Of a stretch of DNA of 64,000 nucleotides, positions 57,618 through 64,000 are shown piece by piece (the first letter of the stretch is position 1; each line of letters opens with the position of its first letter). The notes under the pieces were generated by a model. It searched no databases, was not told where the DNA came from, and saw nothing but the letters and a program-made list of their open reading frames with translations. This DNA is from Myxococcota bacterium. Lineage in GTDB: Bacteria; Myxococcota_A; SURF-8. Both the position numbers and the translations under genes were made by a program. The stretch spans positions 1,408,001 to 1,472,000 of the forward strand of contig CAXXQS010000001.1 of assembly GCA_963674735.2 (NCBI GenBank), written 5' to 3'.

Positions 57618-59159
57618 TCAGTCGTTCGAGCTATTCAGATCCTTGGAATCATTAGCCATTAACCATTCCAGTTTAGCCTGAGCCAAAAACACGGCGTGCA
57701 TGGAAGCATGGTACTGGAATTGGGTTTTGATGTAAGCGGCGATACCCTCAACCAAGTCCGAGGAACTGGCGAAGCCCGCATTGTAATTCATCCATTCCGA
57801 TACCATCCACTTGCGGCCCGAGCCTTCGCTTTTCTTGCTTATTTCCATCTGTTTCAGTTTTTCATGGTAGGCTTGATAGCCCTCTTCCAATTCGATGGTC
57901 ATCATCGATTGATAGTGCTTGCGCTCTTGTTCACTCTTGTTGAATTTGGCTTCGGCCTGGCGCGAACGATGGATTTGCAGGGGCAGATCGAAGGTATATT
58001 GCAAACCGACAAAGCCGGTGAGGTAGTTCTCATTATAAGGATCGTTCAAGAAAGGATTTTCCACGTCATCGATGGAGGGCGTATAGACAAACCTGTATTT
58101 CATCGATACGAAAAAATCCGGGAAATAATAAGCGAATTGACGTTTGGATTCCAACCGGTTACGCTCGACCTTCAAGTTCAGCAAGCGAATCTCCGGACGC
58201 TGCGTCAACATTTGATTTTGAACGTCGGAACGATCCAGCAAGCTTTCTTTTCGCTCGGGGCGTTGCAGATAGCGATGATCCAGGTAAAGCGGAGCGTCGG
58301 GGGATAGCGCTAAAACTTCATGCAGCGTCCTCATCAACACTTTCCGGTTCCGTTCGGTTTCGGCAAAACGCGAGGCAAGATCGGCCTTAACCACTTCAAA
58401 TTTATAGCGATCGATCATCGAGACCGTATCCGCCCCGGTTTCCAACAACTCTTCCAGCTTATCTTCCGCCTTGTTCAGATAATCCTGTGCTTCTTCCAGG
58501 ACTTTCAACGTGCGTTCGATTAATTGAAGAGAGTAATAAATTCGTTTGACTTCATAAGTTAAACGGCATTCGGCCTGCTTGCGCCCATAGCGGCCTGCCT
58601 GCTCAGCTAACGGCCCCTGTTTGCGTAAGTTGTTGATTTTACCAAATGTATAAAGTGGGATATTGACTTCGAGGTCATTGCCCCAAACGACTCCACCCAC
58701 ACTCCACTGTTCGGGATCGTAAGAGATGAAGGCATCGGGATCTTGAGTGGAAGGAGGGTTGTAATCTGGTGCGAGTGTGATCGCACTGCGAAGCCTGATT
58801 TGCGGGAACCAAGCCCACCACGCCTCTCCGGCCAGTTCGTGTGTGTAAGCCAATTCCCAATTGGCGGCTTTGATTCCCGGATTATTGGACAGTCCCAGTT
58901 CGATCAAACGTTCCAGGCTATAGATATTTTCAGGTGGGATGTTATCCAGGCGACCATTTCCCTCCCAATCGTCATCTGCGAAGGAATCGTCGTCTCCCCA
59001 ATCATCGTTAGCCCAGTCCTCAGCGGAAACCTCGGTAGCGGGTTCACCCGATCGTGGCGCTTCGTCCTTCTTCTGCTGTACATCCTGTGCCCCTAGATTG
59101 CTACTGAAGGTGAGGAACAGAAAACAAACCGGTAGGACGAACCAATGACACTTTCTCAT
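57618..59159 (-). CDS. TolC-family outer-membrane channel
   Basis: SLERLIELGLSNNP, WFP, IPLYTFGKI, QRPEI and YFPDF motifs; helical repeats. Confidence 0.85.
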   Translation of the reverse strand: MRKCHWFVLPVCFLFLTFSSNLGAQDVQQKKDEAPRSGEPATEVSAEDWANDDWGDDDSFADDDWEGNGRLDNIPPENIYSLERLIELGLSNNPGIKAANWELAYTHELAGEAWWAWFPQIRLRSAITLAPDYNPPSTQDPDAFISYDPEQWSVGGVVWGNDLEVNIPLYTFGKINNLRKQGPLAEQAGRYGRKQAECRLTYEVKRIYYSLQLIERTLKVLEEAQDYLNKAEDKLEELLETGADTVSMIDRYKFEVVKADLASRFAETERNRKVLMRTLHEVLALSPDAPLYLDHRYLQRPERKESLLDRSDVQNQMLTQRPEIRLLNLKVERNRLESKRQFAYYFPDFFVSMKYRFVYTPSIDDVENPFLNDPYNENYLTGFVGLQYTFDLPLQIHRSRQAEAKFNKSEQERKHYQSMMTIELEEGYQAYHEKLKQMEISKKSEGSGRKWMVSEWMNYNAGFASSSDLVEGIAAYIKTQFQYHASMHAVFLAQAKLEWLMANDSKDLNSSND

Positions 59160-59269
59160 TCGTTTACTCAAGTTGCACTCCGCTTTTAGGCCCTCTCCGT
59201 ATCGAACGGGCTCAATAAAGCATATCACTGATCGAAAGTCACGAAAAAAGCGTCGGCGGCAAGCTCAAT

Positions 59270-59343
59270 AGTGACCAATGAGTCATTATTTGCTTGACAT
59301 AATTTCTCGGATCGCTATGGTCGATAGTGACAGCATCGTCACT
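59270..59343. promoter_or_regulatory. Two TetR-type operator palindromes flanking a sigma70 promoter
   Basis: AGTGAC-N6-GTCATT (59270-59287) and AGTGAC-N6-GTCACT (59326-59343); TTGACA at 59294 and TATGGT at 59316 between them. Confidence 0.75.
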
Positions 59344-59378
59344 TGGTTGTTTCTATACCATACACAGAAGTAGTCTAT

Positions 59379-60023
59379 ATGACCAAACATAGAAGCCGCG
59401 AAGACCGAATACAAGAAATCCTCGATGCGACCTCGGATGTGATCGACGAACATGGCCTGCCTGCCCTTACCATGGACGCCATTGCCGCTCACTGTAGTTT
59501 AAGTAAAGGCGGTGTCTACCGGTTTTTCCCTAATAAGCATGCTGTGTGCTTGGCTTTGTTCGATCAAATCTACAGCTTTATCGCCGAAATCAATGTCGAG
59601 GAATGTCTGTCGTGGAATCTACCCATTACGGAAACACTATCTCGCCTGATTTTTCGCGATGATTTCAGTCACGCACAGGTCACTCGCCATTATCGGCTCT
59701 GGCTTCTGTTACTTTCACAATCTCTGTTGAATGAGGATTTCCGAAAAACCAAACAAAAATACATGCTCCAGATCGAGGTGGATGCAGCACACCTCATCAG
59801 CGCCGTTTTGGCCCGTGATGGTCTGGAGTTGTCGGACCAGACAAAAAATGAACTGACAATGGCGATTCAAGTGGCCAATACCATGCTCGAAGGCATGGTG
59901 ATAGAAGCACTGTGCGGAACCCCGCGCGAAGACCTTCAGCAGCGTATCCGCTGGTGGTTGGAACGCATTCTTCGCGATGCCGTTCAAAAATTTCCTTCTG
60001 TTAATAATGACCCGAGTCTGTAG
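59379..60023 (+). CDS. TetR/AcrR-family transcriptional regulator
   Basis: ILDA…VIDEHG…LTMDAIAAHCSLSKGGVYRFFPNK HTH. Confidence 0.92.
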   Translation: MTKHRSREDRIQEILDATSDVIDEHGLPALTMDAIAAHCSLSKGGVYRFFPNKHAVCLALFDQIYSFIAEINVEECLSWNLPITETLSRLIFRDDFSHAQVTRHYRLWLLLLSQSLLNEDFRKTKQKYMLQIEVDAAHLISAVLARDGLELSDQTKNELTMAIQVANTMLEGMVIEALCGTPREDLQQRIRWWLERILRDAVQKFPSVNNDPSL

Positions 60024-60030
60024 TACGAGG

Positions 60031-61119
60031 ATGACAATGACAAAAAGTGTGACCTGGAACTTCCCGGCGAACGTCCTTCGATCCGGCTTTCTTTCCGCAA
60101 CCCTCCCTCTCTTGTTCGCGGTCATCACGAGTGGCTTGCTGTGCTCAGCCTGCAACACGGACAATCAGATTGAAGAGACACCCCCGATTCTCGTCGAAGT
60201 TCAAGTGGCGAGCATTTCCGAAAATCCGTTGACGCGCCGATTTTCCGGCTACACACATCCATGGGATGTTCACGGCGTCGGTTTCCTGGTTTCCGGGCGC
60301 GTTTCGAAATTGCTTGTCAAAGAGGGCGAATTCGTAAAAAAAGGCGATCTGATCGCGACAATGGACCCGGAAGACTACAAACTGGTCGAACAATTGGCGC
60401 AAACACAGGTGGAAGCCCTCGAACCGAACTTCAAACGTGTCGATTCACTCGTTAAAAACGACGCCCTACCGCAGAGCAAGTTGGACGAGATCAAGGGTCG
60501 CTACGACGCGGCGCGAACCCAGCAAAAACGCGCCGAGCGCCAGATGAAATACACGCGTTTGTATGCCCCCATTTCCGGAGTAGTACACGAATTGCGAACA
60601 GCGGCCGGACAGGTTATCGCCAGCGGCAGCCCGGCGGTTATTTTGCTGGATATCGATCGCTTGAAGTTAAAAATCGGCGTTCCTCAGAAGGATTTGAAAT
60701 ACTTCACGATCGGGGATGAACTTGAAGTGGACGTCCCGGGAGTGAAAAGCGGTATCGCGGGCAAGGTTTGTCATATCGATTACGTGGCCGACGCGACGAC
60801 GCGCAGTTTTTCGATCGATGTCGAAATTCAGAACGGCGACCACCAGTTACGCCCCAGCATGTTGGCGAATACGCATATCACCATCGACCGCTACAAGGGG
60901 TACTTCGTTCCGATCCATGCCGTTATGCACACACTTGAAGGCAGCCCATATTTGATGCTCGTCGATGAAGCCACGCAAACGATCACCGATGCGGCCGTCA
61001 AGATCGGAATCCGTTTCGGCGAACAACTCCAGGTTACGGAAGGACTCAAAGGCGGAGAGAAAATCGTCGTACGCGGCAACAATTTCGCGCGTGAAGGGGA
61101 CAAGGTGGTTGTCCGATGA
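60031..61119 (+). CDS. RND efflux membrane fusion protein
   Basis: VSGRVSKLLVKEGEFVKKGDLIA, LYAPISGVV, LRPSM and GLKGGEKIVVRG motifs; possible lipobox CSAC. Confidence 0.92.
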   Translation: MTMTKSVTWNFPANVLRSGFLSATLPLLFAVITSGLLCSACNTDNQIEETPPILVEVQVASISENPLTRRFSGYTHPWDVHGVGFLVSGRVSKLLVKEGEFVKKGDLIATMDPEDYKLVEQLAQTQVEALEPNFKRVDSLVKNDALPQSKLDEIKGRYDAARTQQKRAERQMKYTRLYAPISGVVHELRTAAGQVIASGSPAVILLDIDRLKLKIGVPQKDLKYFTIGDELEVDVPGVKSGIAGKVCHIDYVADATTRSFSIDVEIQNGDHQLRPSMLANTHITIDRYKGYFVPIHAVMHTLEGSPYLMLVDEATQTITDAAVKIGIRFGEQLQVTEGLKGGEKIVVRGNNFAREGDKVVVR

Positions 61120-64000
61120 ATATCCCGAAGTTTTCCCTTCATCACAAGCCGGTAATCTGGATTCTCCTCGCCCTGTTTGTCGGCATCGGCATCATGAATT
61201 ACTTCACGATCAGCCAGCGTGAAGATCCCGAATTCAAAATATCGGTGGCGTTGGTCATCACGATCTGGCCCGGGGCCGGTGCCGAGAAGGTCGAACGTTT
61301 GGTGACGTCCAAGCTTGAAGAGAAATTCGCGGAATTATCGGTAGTTGAAAGACTTACCTCCACAACCCGCGAAATGCTCTCCGTCATCATGGTCAAAGTG
61401 GACTATGAAGCCGATGTCGATATCGCCTGGCAGAAGCTGCGAAACAAGATTGCCGAAGCGAACCCGGATCTCCCCTCCGGCATTATCGGTCCGGATGTGA
61501 TGGATGATTTCGGCGATGTTACCGCCATGATCGTGTCTATGTCTTCCGAAAGCGCCGATCCCGCCGAGCTTAAATTCTGGGCCAAAGAACTGAAGACAGA
61601 AACCCGCAAAGTGGATTCCGTGGGCAAAGTTGAGTTGATCGGAGAGCAGCAGGAAGCCGTCTATATCGAAGGACCGCTTGAGAGCTTTACCCGATACTCC
61701 TTTTCACCCTTGGTCGCCAGCAAGATTCTGGATTATCAGAACGTCAACATGCCGGCCGGATATGTGCGGTCCGACGTGCGGAATTACCGTTTGGAAGTGA
61801 CCGGTAGTTTCAAGCTCACCGAACAGATCGAAAACGCGATTCTGGATGTGTCTCGAAAATCAGGCCTGCCGATGAAGGTGAAAGACGTCTTCTCGGTTCG
61901 CCGGACATTCAAAGAGCCGCCGCTCGATTTCATGATGACCGACGGACTACAGAGTGTCGGTTTGGATGTTCGCATGAAAAAAGGCGAGAATCTCGTCGAG
62001 ATGGGCACAGCCGTGCGAAAGGTCGTCGAGGAGTTCCGGGAACGTCTTCCGAACAATATCAATCTCAAATTGGTTCACGACCAGCCCCACCAAGTTGACC
62101 GCTTCATCGGCGCGTTCATGAACAACCTGTTTGAAGGTCTGCTCATCGTCATTTTTGTGATGTTTCTGGCCATGGGAATCCGGGCCGCCGGTCTGATCGC
62201 CTTGAGCCTGCCGATTTCGATCATCTTGACTTTTGCCCTCATGCCCGTAATGGGTGTCGACCTGGAAACCGTCTCCATCGCTGCCTTCATCATTGCGCTT
62301 GGGATGTTGGTAGATAATGCCATTATCGTCGCCGACAACATCGACGTTCACATGCGCAGCAATCCCAACCGCGTTCAGGCCTGTATCGAGGGGGCCCAGG
62401 AGCTGGCCATCCCGGCTCTCACCGGCACCCTGGCCACGGTGTTTGCATTTGTTCCGTTATTGTTGCTCGGAGAGGAATCCGGCGATTACATTCGCGCCAT
62501 GCCGATTGTTGTGAGCGTCTCTTTGCTGGCCTCACTGGTCCTCGCCCTGACCGTCGTTCCGATTGCGGCCGTGATGCTTCTGAAGCCCAATCAATCCTCC
62601 GACACGAAAGAAGTGCCGAAAGAGAGCGGTTTCACACGTGGGTATCGGGCCATGATGCAATGGTGCCTCGACCACCGCAAGTCGGTCAGTTTGATCACGC
62701 TCATCGTTTTTTGCGCATCGTTGATGCTGATCCCGATTGTCGGCTTTTCGTTTTTCCCGGAAGCCGAGCGCGACCAGTTTTTAATCGACGTCTGGCTGCC
62801 GGAAGGCTCGTCGCTGGAGCACACCACCAAAATCGTGCGAGAAGTGGAAGGTCTCCTTAAGGAGGAGAAGCAGATCGACAACTGGGTCACCTATGTCGGC
62901 AAAGGCGGACCGCGTTTCTACATGACGATCAAACCGGAGTTCAACGCGACCAACTACGCCCAGTTCGTGGTAACCACCCAGGATCCTCTGATTACCCGGG
63001 CCATGGTCAGACGGCTGAACGTCGAAGCAATCAAACGCATCAGCGGGGCACGCGTTCTGGTTTCCAACCTCTGGATGGGCGTCCCCATCGAAGCCCCGAT
63101 TGCCATTCGCGTCGTCGGTCCGGATCTTTACGAGATGAAGAAAATTTCCCTCCAGATCCAGGATATTCTTCGTTCGATCTCCGGGACAACCCATGTGCGC
63201 GACAACGTGGGAGAATTGATCCCCAGCCTGAAGGTGAACGTCGATTCCGAAGCCGCCGCGATGGCTGGGATCACCAACACGGAAGTCGCGCTATCCCTGC
63301 TCACGGCATACGAAGGACTTCCCATAACCAGCATGCGTGAAGGCGAGGATGAAGTCCCGGTTTACATGCGACTGCAAGCCGAAGACCGCAACATCGGAAA
63401 TACGCTTGAGGGGCTTGAGGTGCCCTCCCAGGCCACCGGCGACAAAGTTCCCTTGTCCGCGTTCTCTTCCATCGAAACGATCTGGGGGCCCGGTGTAATC
63501 AAACGCCACAACGACCGCCGCTCGATCATGGCCCTCGCCAATGTCCGAGGGCGTCTGGCTTCGGACGTCATGAAGGATCTCAAGCCCCATCTGGCGGGTT
63601 TGGCCCTCCCCAAAGGATACGCCATCGAAATCGACGGCGAAGAGAAAGAGCGCAAAAAGAATTTCAGCCGTCTCTCGATGATCTTCGCCCTGATCATCGC
63701 CCTGATTCTGCTTATGTTGGTCATTCAGTTCAATTCATTTAAGAAATCACTGGTTATCTTGGCCAGCATTCCGCTGGCGATCATCGGAGCCGTGGTCGGG
63801 TTACTGGTCAGTCAGAGCAGTTTCGGTTTCATGCCGTTTTTGGGGGTCATTTCTTTGGCCGGTATCGTGATCAAAAATGCCGTGGTCTGGGTGGAGTTCG
63901 TCGAACGTGCTACCGGCCGTGGCGAACGTTTGCGCGCGGCCATTATCGAGGCCGGAGTCAAACGGCTGCGCCCGATCATGCTGACCGCCGGAACGACCAT
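61116..64000 (+). CDS. AcrB/AcrD/AcrF-family RND permease; 3'-truncated by the window edge (absent from the ORF track)
   Basis: ATGA overlap with the MFP stop. Translates as MNIPKFSL…REDPEFK…WPGAGAEKVE…LGMLVDNAII…FFPEAERDQF…SIPLAIIG…LAGIVIKNA…RLRPIMLTA. Confidence 0.95.
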   Translation, partial: MNIPKFSLHHKPVIWILLALFVGIGIMNYFTISQREDPEFKISVALVITIWPGAGAEKVERLVTSKLEEKFAELSVVERLTSTTREMLSVIMVKVDYEADVDIAWQKLRNKIAEANPDLPSGIIGPDVMDDFGDVTAMIVSMSSESADPAELKFWAKELKTETRKVDSVGKVELIGEQQEAVYIEGPLESFTRYSFSPLVASKILDYQNVNMPAGYVRSDVRNYRLEVTGSFKLTEQIENAILDVSRKSGLPMKVKDVFSVRRTFKEPPLDFMMTDGLQSVGLDVRMKKGENLVEMGTAVRKVVEEFRERLPNNINLKLVHDQPHQVDRFIGAFMNNLFEGLLIVIFVMFLAMGIRAAGLIALSLPISIILTFALMPVMGVDLETVSIAAFIIALGMLVDNAIIVADNIDVHMRSNPNRVQACIEGAQELAIPALTGTLATVFAFVPLLLLGEESGDYIRAMPIVVSVSLLASLVLALTVVPIAAVMLLKPNQSSDTKEVPKESGFTRGYRAMMQWCLDHRKSVSLITLIVFCASLMLIPIVGFSFFPEAERDQFLIDVWLPEGSSLEHTTKIVREVEGLLKEEKQIDNWVTYVGKGGPRFYMTIKPEFNATNYAQFVVTTQDPLITRAMVRRLNVEAIKRISGARVLVSNLWMGVPIEAPIAIRVVGPDLYEMKKISLQIQDILRSISGTTHVRDNVGELIPSLKVNVDSEAAAMAGITNTEVALSLLTAYEGLPITSMREGEDEVPVYMRLQAEDRNIGNTLEGLEVPSQATGDKVPLSAFSSIETIWGPGVIKRHNDRRSIMALANVRGRLASDVMKDLKPHLAGLALPKGYAIEIDGEEKERKKNFSRLSMIFALIIALILLMLVIQFNSFKKSLVILASIPLAIIGAVVGLLVSQSSFGFMPFLGVISLAGIVIKNAVVWVEFVERATGRGERLRAAIIEAGVKRLRPIMLTAGTT

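Noticed and set aside
61199-64000. Multiple minus-strand ORFs at the window end
   Set aside because: Antisense shadows of the plus-strand RND permease that runs off the window.

Overview
A 64-kb bacterial chromosomal window with no integrase, transposase, reverse transcriptase, CRISPR array or rRNA that I could recognise. Several features suggest a Myxococcota/deltaproteobacterial-type organism (inference): Ser/Thr kinases, giant Cys-rich lipoproteins, a MYXO-CTERM-like tail and a DUF2378-like protein. Housekeeping content includes tRNA-Gln(CTG) and tRNA-Glu(CTC), metY-metX-hom, a 5-formyl-THF cyclo-ligase, YjbQ, an acyl-CoA dehydrogenase, an ErcA/ErcS-like pair and a multi-PAS histidine kinase. 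There is also a TetR-controlled divergent TolC/MlaC plus MFP/RND efflux locus with two visible operator palindromes. The most unusual elements are: (1) a 1247-aa fusion of ferredoxin, O-carbamoyltransferase and HxsC-like radical SAM domains, convergent with a degenerate kinase; (2) three giant lipoproteins sharing acidic 'DGD' linkers and Cys modules, in the same window as a DUF6029-like barrel with two TlpA lipoproteins and a TMTC-like glycosyltransferase; (3) an orphan GlmL-like actin-fold ATPase pair with no B12 mutase in the window; (4) a wHTH protein with an apparently inactive nucleotidyltransferase domain and candidate operator repeats; (5) a surface-anchored GH63-like protein with altered catalytic motifs. 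All family calls come from reading motifs by eye; no database search was run.
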